Shown: positions 1-10,574, counted from the first letter of the stretch. The stretch: 56,883 nt of DNA from Polyangiales bacterium (GCA_038230375.1 JBBRNJ010000060.1:1-56883), one strand, 5' to 3'. The notes: generated from the sequence alone by a model not told the origin. Program-made: numbers and translations.

Positions 1-3000
1 AATATCGCGCTCGTCACCACGGCCGTCGCGAACGGCGACCTCTCGAAGAAGATCACCGTCGACGTGAAGGGCGAGATCCTCGAGCTGAAGAACACCATCA
101 ACACGATGGTCGATCAGCTCAACTCGTTCGCGAGCGAGGTGACGCGCGTCGCGAAGGAGGTCGGTACCGAGGGCAAGCTCGGCGGACAGGCCGAGGTCTC
201 GGGCGTCGCTGGCACCTGGAAGAATCTCACGGACAGCGTGACCTTCATGGCCCGCAATCTGACCACGCAGGTCCGCGGCATCGTCAAGGTCGTCACCGCG
301 GTCGCCGATGGAGACCTCTCGCAGAAGCTCGTGGTCGAGGCCAAGGGCGAGGTCGCCGCGCTCGCCGACACGATCAACGGCATGACCGACACGCTCGGTG
401 TGTTCGCCGAGCAAGTGAGCACGGTCGCGCGCGAGGTCGGCATCGAGGGCAAGCTCGGCGGGCAGGCGCGCGTCCCCGGTGTAGCCGGCACGTGGAAGGA
501 CCTCACCGACAACGTGAATTTCATGGCGTCGAACCTCACGACGCAGGTGCGCGGCATCGTCAAGGTCGTCACCGCGGTCGCGAACGGAGACGTGTCGCAG
601 AAGCTGATCGGCGTGGAAGCGAAGGGCGAGATCGCTGCGCTCGCAGATACCATCAACAATATGTGCGACACGCTCGGCACCTTCGCCGATCAGGTCAGCA
701 CCGTCGCACGCGAGGTCGGTATCGAGGGCAAGCTCGGAGGCCAGGCCAAGGTGCCCGGCGCGATGGGCACGTGGCGACAGCTCACGGACAACGTGAACCA
801 GCTCGCCGGAAACCTCACGTCACAGGTGCGAGCCATCTCCGACGTCGCCACCGCAGTCACGAAGGGCGATCTCACGCGATCGATCGACGTCCAGGCCGAG
901 GGCGAGGTCGCGCAGCTGAAGAACAACATCAACCAGATGATCGTCAACCTGAAGGAGACGACGCAGAAGAACACCGAGCAGGACTGGCTGAAGACGAACC
1001 TGGCCAAGTTCTCCAGCATGATGCAGGGGCAGAAGAACATCGAGACGGTGTCCGAGATGATCATGTCTCAGCTCACGCCGCTGGTGTCCGCGCACCATGG
1101 CGCGTTCTTCATGATGGAGACGGAGAACAGCGTCCCCATCCTCAAGCTGACGAGCACCTACGCCTACCGCGAGCGAAAGCACGTCGCGAACACCTTCCGC
1201 CTGCGCGAGGGCCTGGTCGGGCAGTGCGCGATGGAGAAGAAGGTCATCCTCCTCACGCGCGTCCCTTCCGACTACATCCAGATCAGCTCTGGCCTGGGCG
1301 AGGCGCCGCCGCTCAACATCATCGTGTTGCCGGTCCTCTTCGAAGGACAGGTCAAGGCGGTGATCGAGCTCGCGTCGTTCCACGCATTCAGCGTCATCCA
1401 CCAGCTCTTCCTGGACCAGCTCATGGAGAGCATCGGCGTCGTCATCAACATGATCACGGCGAACATGCGCACCGAGGAGCTGCTCGCGCAGTCGCAGAGC
1501 CTGACCCAGGAGCTCCAGAGCCAGTCGAAGGAGCTCACGTCGCAGCAGCTCGAGCTCCGCCGCTCGAATGTCGCGCTCGAGAAGCAGGCCCTCGAGCTGG
1601 AGGAGAAGGCGCGCCTCCTGGCCGAGCAGAACGTCAAGGTCGAGGTGAAGAACCGCGAGGTCGAGCTGGCGCGCGTCTCGATCGAAGAGAAGGCAGAGCA
1701 GCTCGCGCTGGCGTCCAAGTACAAGTCCGAGTTTCTCGCGAACATGTCCCACGAGCTGCGGACGCCGCTCAACAGCCTGCTCATCCTTGCCCGGTTGCTC
1801 GCCGAGAACGTCGAGAAGAACCTCACGGGCAAGCAGGTCGAGTTCGCGCAGACCATCTACACGTCGGGTGGCGATCTGCTGTCGCTCATCAACGAGATCC
1901 TCGACCTCTCGAAGGTGGAGGCAGGCAAGATGGAGGTGGAGCCTCGCTCCATTCAGCTGTCGGATATCGCCGCATTCGTGGATCGAAGCTTCCGCCCGGT
2001 CGCGGATCAGAAGAGCCTCTCTCTAGGCATTCGGATCGATGAAGACGTTCCCGGCGCCATCCGTACCGATCCGCAACGGCTCCAGCAGGTCCTCAAGAAC
2101 TTGCTCTCGAACGCGTTCAAGTTCACGGAGCAAGGCGGTGTCACGCTGCGCGTCAGCCGTGCCGGCAGGGACACCAAGTTCACGCGTGAGACACTGCAGG
2201 GCGCGGACAACGTACTTGCGTTCACGGTGATGGATTCGGGGATTGGTATCGACCCGGACAAGCTGCAGATCATCTTCGAGGCCTTCCAGCAAGCGGATGG
2301 CACGACGAATCGCCGCTACGGCGGAACAGGGCTTGGACTCTCCATCAGTCGGGAGATCACGCGGCTCCTCGGCGGCGAGATCCAGGTCACGAGCGCGCCC
2401 GGAAAGGGGAGCACCTTCACGCTCTACCTGCCCGAGCGTTACGCGAGCGACGTCGACGCAGCGACCGTCGACGGCGATGCCACGAGCAAGTCAGCACCGA
2501 GCTCCCTCGTCCCCGCGACGGGCGTGGGCACCTTGCCCGGCGCAGTGGCGCTCGCCGCGCGCCCCATAGAGGACGACCGTCACCAGCTCCGCGAAGGGGA
2601 CCGAGTCCTCCTGATCATCGAGGACGACATCACGTTCGCCCGCATTCTGGTCAGCATTGCGCACGAGCGTGGGTTCAAGGCCGTCGTCGCGCTACGCGGC
2701 GATACTGGTCTTGCGCTCGCCAACCAGATTCAACCCGACGCGATCACGCTCGATGTCCAGCTCCCGGTCCTTGACGGCTGGTCGCTGCTCGACAGCCTGA
2801 AGCGAAATCCCCGCACGCGGCACATTCCCGTCCACGTCATCTCCGTCATGGAGCGAAGCCAGAAGGGCGCTGCCCTGGGTGCGTTTGCCTACCTGGAAAA
2901 GCCGGTGACCAAGGAGGCGCTCGAGGGGGCGTTCGCGCACATCTCGGATTTCCTCGACCGCAAGGTGAAGGTCCTGCTCCTCGTCGAGAACGACGAGCAC

Positions 3001-3804
3001 ATCAAGAACGAGCTGGTGGCGGTCCTGGAGGACGGTGGAGGCGTCGACGTCGTCGCCGTGGCCAGTGCGAAGCGCGCGCTCGAGGTGCTCGAAGGGCGAC
3101 CGTTCGACTGCATCGTCGTCGATCTCGTCCTTCCAGACGAGGATGGCGTTCGCCTCGTGGAGGAGGTGAAGGGTCAGCCGCGCTTCGCCGACTTGCCCCT
3201 TGTCGTCTACACCGGGAAGCAGCTGACAGACGCGGAAGAGCAGCGGCTCAAGCGGTACACGCATTCGGTGATCGTCAAGAGCGGCGCCGCTTCACTCGAC
3301 AAGCTGATGCAGGACACGAGCCTCTTCCTTCACCGCGTCGACCAGCGCGAGTCCACGGGCGCAAAGCCTGATCTCCGAGATCTGACGCGGGTACCGCTCG
3401 ACGGCTGGACCATCCTCGTGGTCGACGACGATATCCGGAACATCTACGCCGTGAGCAGCTTGCTCGAGCGACATGGTGTCCGCGTGATTGCCGCCAACAA
3501 CGGCAAGACCGGCATCGAGGAGCTCGAGGCGAACCCGGAGGTCTCACTCGTGCTCATGGACGTCATGATGCCCGAGATGGACGGGTACGAGACCATGAGC
3601 GCCATCAGGAGCAATCCGCGCTACAGCGGACTTCCGATCATCGCCGTCACGGCGAAGGCGCTGAAGGACGACCGCGACAAGTGCCTTGCGGCGGGAGCTT
3701 CCGACTACCTGGCCAAACCCATCGATGCCGAGCGCCTCTTGCAGCTGATCGAGATGTGGGCGCCGACCGGAGGAGCGCGGGCCGATGCATCCGATGGAGG
3801 GTAG
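1..3804 (+). CDS. Poly-HAMP/GAF hybrid histidine kinase with three receiver domains (5' truncated by the window edge)
   Basis: Frame is open from base 1. Repeated HAMP units ([16 protein letters not shown]) with a 276-279 nt period, GAF, H-box [16 protein letters not shown] boxes ([29 protein letters not shown]), then three REC domains. Confidence 0.95.
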   Translation, partial: NIALVTTAVANGDLSKKITVDVKGEILELKNTINTMVDQLNSFASEVTRVAKEVGTEGKLGGQAEVSGVAGTWKNLTDSVTFMARNLTTQVRGIVKVVTAVADGDLSQKLVVEAKGEVAALADTINGMTDTLGVFAEQVSTVAREVGIEGKLGGQARVPGVAGTWKDLTDNVNFMASNLTTQVRGIVKVVTAVANGDVSQKLIGVEAKGEIAALADTINNMCDTLGTFADQVSTVAREVGIEGKLGGQAKVPGAMGTWRQLTDNVNQLAGNLTSQVRAISDVATAVTKGDLTRSIDVQAEGEVAQLKNNINQMIVNLKETTQKNTEQDWLKTNLAKFSSMMQGQKNIETVSEMIMSQLTPLVSAHHGAFFMMETENSVPILKLTSTYAYRERKHVANTFRLREGLVGQCAMEKKVILLTRVPSDYIQISSGLGEAPPLNIIVLPVLFEGQVKAVIELASFHAFSVIHQLFLDQLMESIGVVINMITANMRTEELLAQSQSLTQELQSQSKELTSQQLELRRSNVALEKQALELEEKARLLAEQNVKVEVKNREVELARVSIEEKAEQLALASKYKSEFLANMSHELRTPLNSLLILARLLAENVEKNLTGKQVEFAQTIYTSGGDLLSLINEILDLSKVEAGKMEVEPRSIQLSDIAAFVDRSFRPVADQKSLSLGIRIDEDVPGAIRTDPQRLQQVLKNLLSNAFKFTEQGGVTLRVSRAGRDTKFTRETLQGADNVLAFTVMDSGIGIDPDKLQIIFEAFQQADGTTNRRYGGTGLGLSISREITRLLGGEIQVTSAPGKGSTFTLYLPERYASDVDAATVDGDATSKSAPSSLVPATGVGTLPGAVALAARPIEDDRHQLREGDRVLLIIEDDITFARILVSIAHERGFKAVVALRGDTGLALANQIQPDAITLDVQLPVLDGWSLLDSLKRNPRTRHIPVHVISVMERSQKGAALGAFAYLEKPVTKEALEGAFAHISDFLDRKVKVLLLVENDEHIKNELVAVLEDGGGVDVVAVASAKRALEVLEGRPFDCIVVDLVLPDEDGVRLVEEVKGQPRFADLPLVVYTGKQLTDAEEQRLKRYTHSVIVKSGAASLDKLMQDTSLFLHRVDQRESTGAKPDLRDLTRVPLDGWTILVVDDDIRNIYAVSSLLERHGVRVIAANNGKTGIEELEANPEVSLVLMDVMMPEMDGYETMSAIRSNPRYSGLPIIAVTAKALKDDRDKCLAAGASDYLAKPIDAERLLQLIEMWAPTGGARADASDGG

Positions 3805-5422
3805 TGGTAGTTTTCACGCTGTGTCTGCGCTCGAAAAATCGACGCCTGTCGTCCTCCTCGTGGACGACAGGCCTGCCAACCTGCTCGCGCTCGAGGCGCT
3901 CCTCGAGGCTCTCCCCGTTCGCACCTTGCGCGCGAACTCGGGGGAGGAGGCCCTTCGAATCCTCTTGAAGCAGGACGTTGCAGTGGTGTTGCTGGACGTG
4001 CAAATGCCAGGCATGGACGGCTTCGAGACCGCAGCCCAGATGCGGAGCCACACGCGGATCTCGAGCGTGCCCATCATCTTCATCACTGCCATCAGTCGCG
4101 ACCCAACCCACGTGTACAAGGGATACGAGCGCGGCGCGGTGGACTACATCATGAAGCCGTTCGATCCGGTCGTTCTCAAGGCAAAGGTCAGCGTGTTCGT
4201 TGACCTCTTCGTGAAGGCGGAGACGATCAAGGTGCAAGCGAAGCTCCTGCGCGAACAGGAGCTGGCGGCGCTGGACCGGAAGATGGAGCGCCGCTACCGG
4301 CGCCTCGCGGACGCCATGCCGCTGTTCGTGTGGGGGGTGCGTCCAGATGGGACTGTCGACTACGTGAACGAGGCCTGGATGGTCTACTCGGGACTTGCGG
4401 CGGAGGAGACGGCTGAAGTCGTATGTGCGCAGGCCGTGCATGCCGACGATCTCGAGTCCGCGCGTACGGCCTTTCGCAAAGCCGTCTCTGACCGCGCACC
4501 GTTCGAGATGGAGTATCGACTGCGCAGGCGCGATGGCGCCTACCGGTGGCACCTCGTGCGGTCGTCGGTCGAACGCGGCGAGCACGGCGCCATCGAAGGC
4601 TTCGTCGTCAGCGCGACGGACATTGACGCGGCCAAGGAGACCGAGGCGCAGCGCGAGCGGCTGCTAGCGCACGAGCAGATTGCGCGACAGGCTGCCGAGG
4701 ACGCGAACCGGACGAAGGACGAGTTCATCGCCAGCGTCTCGCACGAGCTTCGCAACCCGTTGCATGTGATCCTGGGGTGGACGGGCCTGCTTCGCACGGG
4801 CAACCTGGACGCAGAGCGACGCGATCATGCGACAGCGGTCATCGATCGAAGCGCGCGCACACAGGCGGTTCTCGTGGAGGACCTGCTGGACATCGCCCGG
4901 GTCGCGTCGGGCAGGCTCTCGATCAAACAAGAACGGATCGACGCAGCAGAGATCGTTCGTGATGCTGTGGAGAGCCTACGCCCGGCGGCGAGCGCGCGCG
5001 GCGTCACGCTATCGTTCCGAAGCGCGGACGTGCAGGAGGTCTACGCGGACGCCGCGCGGCTCGGCCAGATCGTGTCCAACCTGCTCACCAACTCGATGAA
5101 GTTCACGTCGTCCGGTGGGCACGTCGACGTCGAGGTCACGCCGACTGCCACTGGAGTGAGGATCCAGGTCAAGGATGATGGGGATGGGATCGCCGCAGAG
5201 TTTCTGCCACGCGTGTTCGAACGCTTTCAACAAGAGACGGTGTCGGACGACCGCCGTGGAGGCCTGGGAATCGGGCTTGCGCTCGTGAAGCACCTCGTCG
5301 AGGTGCACGGCGGGACCGTTGCGGCCGCGAGCGACGGGCCGGGCCGGGGGGCTGTCTTCACCGTGGAGCTACCGTCGCATGGGCCTTCGAGCTCCCGCCC
5401 CTCGCGATCACCTCACGCGTAG
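3785..5422 (+). CDS. REC-PAS-histidine kinase
   Basis: N-terminal REC (LLVDDRPANL, LLDVQMP), PAS/PAC (EYRLRRRDGAYRW), H-box SHELRNPL, HATPase GGLGIGL. Overlaps the upstream stop; exact start uncertain. Confidence 0.93.
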   Translation: MHPMEGSGSFHAVSALEKSTPVVLLVDDRPANLLALEALLEALPVRTLRANSGEEALRILLKQDVAVVLLDVQMPGMDGFETAAQMRSHTRISSVPIIFITAISRDPTHVYKGYERGAVDYIMKPFDPVVLKAKVSVFVDLFVKAETIKVQAKLLREQELAALDRKMERRYRRLADAMPLFVWGVRPDGTVDYVNEAWMVYSGLAAEETAEVVCAQAVHADDLESARTAFRKAVSDRAPFEMEYRLRRRDGAYRWHLVRSSVERGEHGAIEGFVVSATDIDAAKETEAQRERLLAHEQIARQAAEDANRTKDEFIASVSHELRNPLHVILGWTGLLRTGNLDAERRDHATAVIDRSARTQAVLVEDLLDIARVASGRLSIKQERIDAAEIVRDAVESLRPAASARGVTLSFRSADVQEVYADAARLGQIVSNLLTNSMKFTSSGGHVDVEVTPTATGVRIQVKDDGDGIAAEFLPRVFERFQQETVSDDRRGGLGIGLALVKHLVEVHGGTVAAASDGPGRGAVFTVELPSHGPSSSRPSRSPHA

Positions 5423-5794
5423 TAGCTTGCGGACCTCGTCGACGAGGAGGTCCGGGGCGAACGGCTTCTTGACCACTGCATTGGCGCCGCACGCCGACCC
5501 CACCGTGCGGGCGTCCTCCGAGCCGGAGATGATCAGGATTTGGATGTGCTCGAGCGCCGGCGCACTGCGGACCGCTTCGCACAGAGCACGTCCACTCATC
5601 ACCGGCATGTTGAGGTCGGTGACGAGGACGTCGGGTGGGAGCCGCGTTGCGATCTCCAGCGCTTCCCGTCCGTTCGACGCGCGCTCGACCTCCCAGCCCT
5701 GGCGGCTGAGGTACATGGCCTGAAACTCGAGCGTGTCCAGATCATCATCCACCAGCAGGATCCGATGGGGGCACGCGTGCGTGGCGCTATCCAT
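5408..5794 (-). CDS. Single-domain response regulator
   Basis: RILLVDDD...VLVTDLNMP...KKPF. Start placed at ATG 5794, downstream of a sigma54 motif. Confidence 0.88.
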   Translation of the reverse strand: MDSATHACPHRILLVDDDLDTLEFQAMYLSRQGWEVERASNGREALEIATRLPPDVLVTDLNMPVMSGRALCEAVRSAPALEHIQILIISGSEDARTVGSACGANAVVKKPFAPDLLVDEVRKLLRVR

Positions 5795-5835
5795 GTGCTT
5801 CCATGTCTCGAGGGCGCCGCATTCATGGCTGCGTT

Positions 5836-5850
5836 GCAATCGTGGTGCCG
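5836..5850 (-). promoter_or_regulatory. Putative sigma54 promoter
   Basis: Minus strand CGGCACCACGATTGC = GG-N10-GC with GGCAC and TTGC, about 42 nt before the ATG at 5794. Confidence 0.6.
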
Positions 5851-6260
5851 CGGCCTACCGATCGGAAACCAGGCAAATTCCAGTCTATTCTGGATCGACC
5901 ACACGCGCGCCGCACGGGGGACGGGCAGGAATGTCCTGGTGTGGCGAAACTGCGTTTTGCCCGCTCCGCTACGAACCGCCGCTCATCACCTGCGTGAGGT
6001 AGACCATCGTGCGGTGTGTCTCTTCCTGGCGTGGCAAGAGCTCGGCCCGACAAAGGGACTCGCGCGCTCTCCTCGACGGTTGCGCGCTCTTGCCACCGCT
6101 CATTGCATGCGGCTTGCCAGGCGCATCGCGCGCGTTCTTCGCGGTGTTGCTGGCGGGAGGGCGCCGGTGAGGACACGAACAGGACAGAGGCGTGCGCGCC
6201 AACACGCCATGGTGTGGCGCCGTGGGAGCTCCCGACGGCGCTTTTCAAGCGACTTCGCGG

Positions 6261-6275
6261 CGGCACGATCCTCGC
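6261..6275 (+). promoter_or_regulatory. Putative sigma54 promoter
   Basis: CGGCACGATCCTCGC (GG-N10-GC), 14 nt before the ATG at 6289. Confidence 0.45.
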
Positions 6276-6288
6276 GAGGGGACTCGCC

Positions 6289-6522
6289 ATGAGCAACATC
6301 GGCATGCGCACCACCAACACTTCGCCCAGCTCGCCGCCGCCCAGCCCGAAGGGGCCGGAGCTTCCGTTCCCGCCCGATGAACCGGAGACGCCCGGCCTGC
6401 CAGATGGGCCCACGCCGCGTCCGGAGGTGACCCCCGTCGAGCCCTACGAGCCGAACGGGCCGGGCTCTCCAGAGCCGTGGCGGGACGTCAGTTGCTTCGA
6501 CGGTGTACCGCTATTCGTGTGA
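6289..6522 (+). CDS. Small proline-rich hypothetical protein (77 aa)
   Basis: GAGGGG upstream, sigma54 motif upstream, GC3-biased codons, P/E-rich sequence (PPPSPKGPELPFPPDEPETP). Confidence 0.55.
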   Translation: MSNIGMRTTNTSPSSPPPSPKGPELPFPPDEPETPGLPDGPTPRPEVTPVEPYEPNGPGSPEPWRDVSCFDGVPLFV

Positions 6523-7119
6523 GCTGCTGCCGATCCGCTTGGCTGCCAGCTCCACCTTGTTCTTCGCGGACGCGAGGGTCTGCGAGAGTGCGTCGGCCTG
6601 CTTCACTACCTCGGGAAACGAGGCCTCATCGGCCGCGCGCGCGAGTTCTCGCGCCGCCACGACGATGGGCGCCATGCGATCGCGAAGGCTGCTGAGGAAG
6701 TTCACCCTGGTCTCGTCGCTGGCTTCGCTGACGCGCGCGAAGTCCTGCACGTCGGCGTTGATCTTCGCGGTCTCCTCGGCGAGACCACCAAACGTCGCGT
6801 CGAGCCCCTGGAGCAGCACGGTGCGCGCCCGGATCTCCTGGGCCCGGTCGACGAGCGACTGCGAATGCGCAGCCTGACGCTCGGACATCGACTGGATGGA
6901 GTGGGCCAGCGACGCGACGAGGCGGCCCAGCTCTTCACCCACCAGGGCCGCGTCCTGTGTTGCCCGCGCGGCGCGCTCGATCCCCTTGCGTGTGGCCAGC
7001 GTCGCTGTCTGCGCCTCACTGGTGAGGGCCTCGTACCGTGACAGCGCATGCTCGAGAGCTTCTGCCGCTGTCACGATCTCGGCCCGCGGCGCGCCGCCAA
7101 TCTTCGCCTTTCCAGCCAT
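6511..7119 (-). CDS. Hypothetical alpha-helical/coiled-coil protein
   Basis: 202-aa A/E/L/R-rich ORF with typical codon bias; no recognisable motif. Confidence 0.7.
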   Translation of the reverse strand: MAGKAKIGGAPRAEIVTAAEALEHALSRYEALTSEAQTATLATRKGIERAARATQDAALVGEELGRLVASLAHSIQSMSERQAAHSQSLVDRAQEIRARTVLLQGLDATFGGLAEETAKINADVQDFARVSEASDETRVNFLSSLRDRMAPIVVAARELARAADEASFPEVVKQADALSQTLASAKNKVELAAKRIGSSSHE

Positions 7120-7165
7120 CGCGCTAGCCTACACCAGCGCGATTCCGAGCGCGCGGACGCACTCA

Positions 7166-7624
7166 CTAGCTCCTGTGCGCGCCGTTGGACTTCTTGCCGT
7201 TGTGCGAGCCCGTGTGCCGAGCGTGACTCCGGGCCGCTGCCTTCAGCTCGTGAGCCTCCTTCGCGACCTCGACGGCGACCGGCTCCACATCCTTGATGAG
7301 GCCGCCGGCGAGCGCGCGCACGCGCTTGCGGAGCTCCGGCCCCGACACTGGGGTCGCAAACGCCGTCACCACGCTGCCGGCTGCGAACCCGCCGATGAAC
7401 ATGCCGACACCAGCAAGTCCGGACGAGCGTCGCTCGAGGCCGACGCGAGCAATCATCGCGTCCAGCAGACGCGCGGACGTCGCGGGGAGCGCCTGCATCG
7501 CAAGATGAAGGAACTTGTTCATGGTCGTAGAGCCTTCCTTGGCGCGCTCCGCAACAGCCTCGGTGGCGTCGGAAAAGACCGCCTTGGTTTTCGCCACGCC
7601 ATTCTGGAATTCGTTGGTCATCAT
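7166..7624 (-). CDS. YtxH-like general stress protein
   Basis: GMFIGGFAAGSVVTAFATPVSGPELRKRV matches the YtxH pattern (hydrophobic stretch then P.SG.E.R); GAGGAG RBS upstream. Confidence 0.72.
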   Translation of the reverse strand: MMTNEFQNGVAKTKAVFSDATEAVAERAKEGSTTMNKFLHLAMQALPATSARLLDAMIARVGLERRSSGLAGVGMFIGGFAAGSVVTAFATPVSGPELRKRVRALAGGLIKDVEPVAVEVAKEAHELKAAARSHARHTGSHNGKKSNGAHRS

Positions 7625-7650
7625 GATTTCATCTCCTCTTGATCGACTGC

Positions 7651-7665
7651 GCAAGGGGCGTGCCC
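7651..7665 (-). promoter_or_regulatory. Putative sigma54 promoter
   Basis: Minus strand GGGCACGCCCCTTGC, 27 nt before the YtxH-like ATG. Confidence 0.62.
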
Positions 7666-7814
7666 GGCGACCACATCCACCGCAACTCGGGCGTCGTTGG
7701 GCCGTTGCAAAGCCTTTCCGTTTCGCGACGCCGCGGCGACACGCACCAGCGCCACAGCTGCGGCGCGCGTGCCGAACTGCTCCCTACGTGGTGCGTGCGT
7801 CAGCCGACCGTCTC

Positions 7815-8267
7815 TCAGATTGGCGGCGAGCCCCTGCCGCAGATGGACGCATTGACGACGGCCGTTCGGAGATCATCCATGTTGAACGGCTTCTTGAAGA
7901 ACGCGGAGGCTCCGAGCGCACGTGCCTTCTCGGAGATGCTCGGCTCGTCCATGGCCGACATCATGATGATCGGCGTGGTCCAGCTCGCGCGACGCAGGGC
8001 AGTCAGGACGCCGAGCCCGGAATAGCCTGGCATGATCACGTCCATGATGATCACATCCGGCAGCATGAGGGGGCACGAAATCGCCTCCTGCAGTCGGTCG
8101 AGCGCCTCGGATCCATCTGCGACATCCACGACCTCGTAGCCGTCGCTCGAGAGCGCAGACGTGATGAGGGCGCGGAGATCAGGATCGTCCTCCGCGACGA
8201 GCACATGCCACGGCAACCGTACATGTTGGTTCTTGCCCCACGCGCCGCCCGTTCCAGAATTGCTCAT
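7815..8267 (-). CDS. Single-domain response regulator
   Basis: VLVAEDD...IIMDVIMPG...KKPF. GGAGG RBS before ATG 8267. It is only the C-terminal part of listed ORF 7815..9476. Confidence 0.88.
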   Translation of the reverse strand: MSNSGTGGAWGKNQHVRLPWHVLVAEDDPDLRALITSALSSDGYEVVDVADGSEALDRLQEAISCPLMLPDVIIMDVIMPGYSGLGVLTALRRASWTTPIIMMSAMDEPSISEKARALGASAFFKKPFNMDDLRTAVVNASICGRGSPPI

Positions 8268-8327
8268 GACTCGCCTCCGCGACTCGGTGGGAGTGCCGTG
8301 AAGTTCAGCACCTGCATCATGGTTCGA

Positions 8328-8384
8328 GCAGCTCCCGTGCCACGAAGTTCCTGCCCTCGGTCCCCAAGAAGGCACGAGCATTGC
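8328..8384. promoter_or_regulatory. Back-to-back divergent sigma54 promoters
   Basis: Minus strand TGGCACGGGAGCTGC (8342-8328) and plus strand AGGCACGAGCATTGC (8370-8384), both GG-N10-GC. Confidence 0.65.
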
Positions 8385-8396
8385 GAGGGTGGACTC

Positions 8397-9863
8397 ATGA
8401 TCTCCACATCCTCGACGTCCGGACAGATCGGCAGCAGAACGCGCGGCCTCAACGTGCTGTTGGTTGACCACAATGTCGCCGACATCGGCTTTCTGAGATC
8501 GCTTCTCTCGCGTACGCGGCTCGCCATTCACGGGGTGACGGAGGTGCGAACGCTGCAGGCGGCGTTCGCTGAGCTCACGTCGCCGGCGCATGCGTTTGAC
8601 GTGGTCCTGCTCGATCTCGGCCTGCGGGACGCCTCCGGCGTGGATGGTGCGACGCGGATCGCGCAGGTTGCTCCTCACGTCCCCGTCATCGCTGTCGCCG
8701 GCAACGAGCAGGACCTCGAGACAGGCGCGACGACGCAGTACATCGAGGACTATCTGGTGAAATGGGAGTTCGATCCGTCGCTGCTCGCGCGCTCTATTCG
8801 CTACGCAGTGGAACGCCACGATTTGCGAACCCACCTGACGGCGGAGAAGGCGCGGGCGCAGCGGGTGAACCGAACGAAGGCGGAGTTCCTCGCGAACATG
8901 GGCCTCGAGCTCCGCACGCCGATGAACATCATGCTCGGCATGGCGGACCTCCTGCGCGCACGCCCGCTCTCGCCCAACCAGGCCGCGCGCACGCTGTCGT
9001 CCGGGGTCCACGCGCAGACGCTCGGTGCACCCAGGCGCACCGCGAGCGGGACCATGACCAAGGTGAACCTCGATATCAACGCACTGGTGACTGCGCTTGC
9101 AAGCAAGGCCTCGCCGATCCGCCTGCTCCTCGCGGACGACAGCATCGACAACCACGAGCTGCTCGAGGCGTACGTCGCGGACCTGCCAATCGTCGTGCAT
9201 GCCGTCAGCAGCGGTGAGGCTGCGCTCGGGGAATTCGCCGCAGACGTCTTTGATCTCGTGCTCGTCGACATGCATATGCCCGGGATGAACGGCTGCGCGA
9301 CGCTGAGAGCCCTGCGTGAGCGCGAGCGCGAGGTCTATGCGGAGCCGACACCCATGCTTGTGATGAGCGCAGACGTGCTCCGCGAGAGCGTCGAGGAAGC
9401 TCGACAGGCTGGCGCAGATGGATTCCTTGCGAAGCCCGTACGACGCAACACCGTGCTGGAGGCGATTCTCCACCATTGCGGGGATGGCGAGCCGGAGTGC
9501 CAGGCACCGCCGTCAGAGGAACTGCCGCCGATCGATTCCGTGCTGCTGCCGATCTTGCCCCGCTTCCTCATCAACCGGGAGGCCGATTGCGAGGGTATGC
9601 GGGAGGCGACTGGGAGACGCGACTTCGCGCGCGTTGCAGTCCTTGCACACAACCTGAAAGGCACCGGAGGCGCGTTCGGGTTTCCGGAGCTGTCCGCGCT
9701 CGGTGGAAAGCTGGAGAAGTTGGCCAAGGCGGGTAACGCCTCCGAGATTCTTCGGAGCCTGGACGACCTATCGGTCTTGCTAGGTCGGGTTTCGCGTGCG
9801 CTCGCGCAGACGGTCACGGAGCCAGCGTCCACTGCGGCGCCGACCGGGCGCCGGCTCGCCTGA
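8397..9863 (+). CDS. REC-degenerate HisKA-REC-Hpt phosphorelay protein with no HATPase domain
   Basis: REC (VVLLDLGL), H-box-like FLANMGLELRTPMN with His replaced, short linker, REC (LLADDS, VDMHMP, KPV), Hpt (AHNLKGTGG). Confidence 0.85.
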   Translation: MISTSSTSGQIGSRTRGLNVLLVDHNVADIGFLRSLLSRTRLAIHGVTEVRTLQAAFAELTSPAHAFDVVLLDLGLRDASGVDGATRIAQVAPHVPVIAVAGNEQDLETGATTQYIEDYLVKWEFDPSLLARSIRYAVERHDLRTHLTAEKARAQRVNRTKAEFLANMGLELRTPMNIMLGMADLLRARPLSPNQAARTLSSGVHAQTLGAPRRTASGTMTKVNLDINALVTALASKASPIRLLLADDSIDNHELLEAYVADLPIVVHAVSSGEAALGEFAADVFDLVLVDMHMPGMNGCATLRALREREREVYAEPTPMLVMSADVLRESVEEARQAGADGFLAKPVRRNTVLEAILHHCGDGEPECQAPPSEELPPIDSVLLPILPRFLINREADCEGMREATGRRDFARVAVLAHNLKGTGGAFGFPELSALGGKLEKLAKAGNASEILRSLDDLSVLLGRVSRALAQTVTEPASTAAPTGRRLA

Positions 9864-9968
9864 ATCTCGAGGGCAGCGATGCGCGCACAAATGCATCCTG
9901 CGCGCACCAGAGCCTCACCCCTCCGACCACCAACGCTTGTTTTGATGCACTCGCGCGCTTCTCACGTT

Positions 9969-9983
9969 TGGCCCGACGCTTGC
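9969..9983 (+). promoter_or_regulatory. Putative sigma54 promoter
   Basis: TGGCCCGACGCTTGC (GG-N10-GC), 37 nt before ATG 10020. Confidence 0.6.
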
Positions 9984-10019
9984 TCGAACCAAAGCCACAA
10001 CCCTGACCGGAGAAATCAC

Positions 10020-10280
10020 ATGTCAATTGTCGCTTGGATCGTGCTGGGTCTCGTCGCCGGCTTCATTGCCAGCAAGGTCGTCAACAACTCGGGCGAGGGC
10101 ACCATCGTCGACATCGTCCTGGGCATCGTTGGCGCTGTTGTCGGCGGCTTCGTCTTCAACATGTTCGGCGCGGCCGGCGTGACGGGGTTCAACCTGTGGA
10201 GCGTCGTGGTGGCTGCCGTGGGCGCCATGATCGTGCTGGGCATCAAGCACGCCGTCGTGGGTCGAGGTGCACACGCCTGA
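10020..10280 (+). CDS. GlsB/YeaQ/YmgE family stress-response membrane protein
   Basis: MSIVAWIVLGLVAGFIASK...DIVLGIVGAVVGG...GVTGFNLWS is the typical family sequence; GGAG RBS. Confidence 0.92.
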   Translation: MSIVAWIVLGLVAGFIASKVVNNSGEGTIVDIVLGIVGAVVGGFVFNMFGAAGVTGFNLWSVVVAAVGAMIVLGIKHAVVGRGAHA

Positions 10281-10310
10281 TCCTGCGACCCCCATTTCAA
10301 GGAGGAGCCA

Positions 10311-10475
10311 ATGAAAGCAACGGAACTCTTGAAGAGGCAACACCACGAAGTGAAGGCGCTCTTTCAGCAGCTCGAGAAGGGGAACGGCAGGACACGCGAG
10401 CTTCTCGAAAAGCTCGCGGACGATCTCGCCGCGCACACGTGGCGGCTCCGCAGTCGTCTCGGCGGCCGCGCCTGA
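10311..10475 (+). pseudogene. Truncated hemerythrin (HHE)-domain gene fragment, 54 aa
   Basis: Strong RBS AAGGAGG. MKATELLKRQHHEVKALFQQLE...LADDLAAH matches the first two hemerythrin helices, then unrelated sequence and TGA. Too short to appear in the ORF track. Confidence 0.7.
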
Positions 10476-10574
10476 CCTGCATGCCTCCTGACGATCGATT
10501 CGGCGACCAGTCTGCCGGCGTCACATGATAGTGGCGCCGGTGGACTAGGGTTGCGCGATCTGGAGGGAAGCGCG

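Noticed and set aside
169..900. DNA repeats with a 276-279 nt period
   Set aside because: Explained by tandem HAMP domains within the hybrid kinase.
7515..9476. Long overlapping ORFs 7515..9863 (+) and 7815..9476 (-)
   Set aside because: Their N-terminal extensions are antisense shadows of each other; the real genes start near 8397 and 8267.
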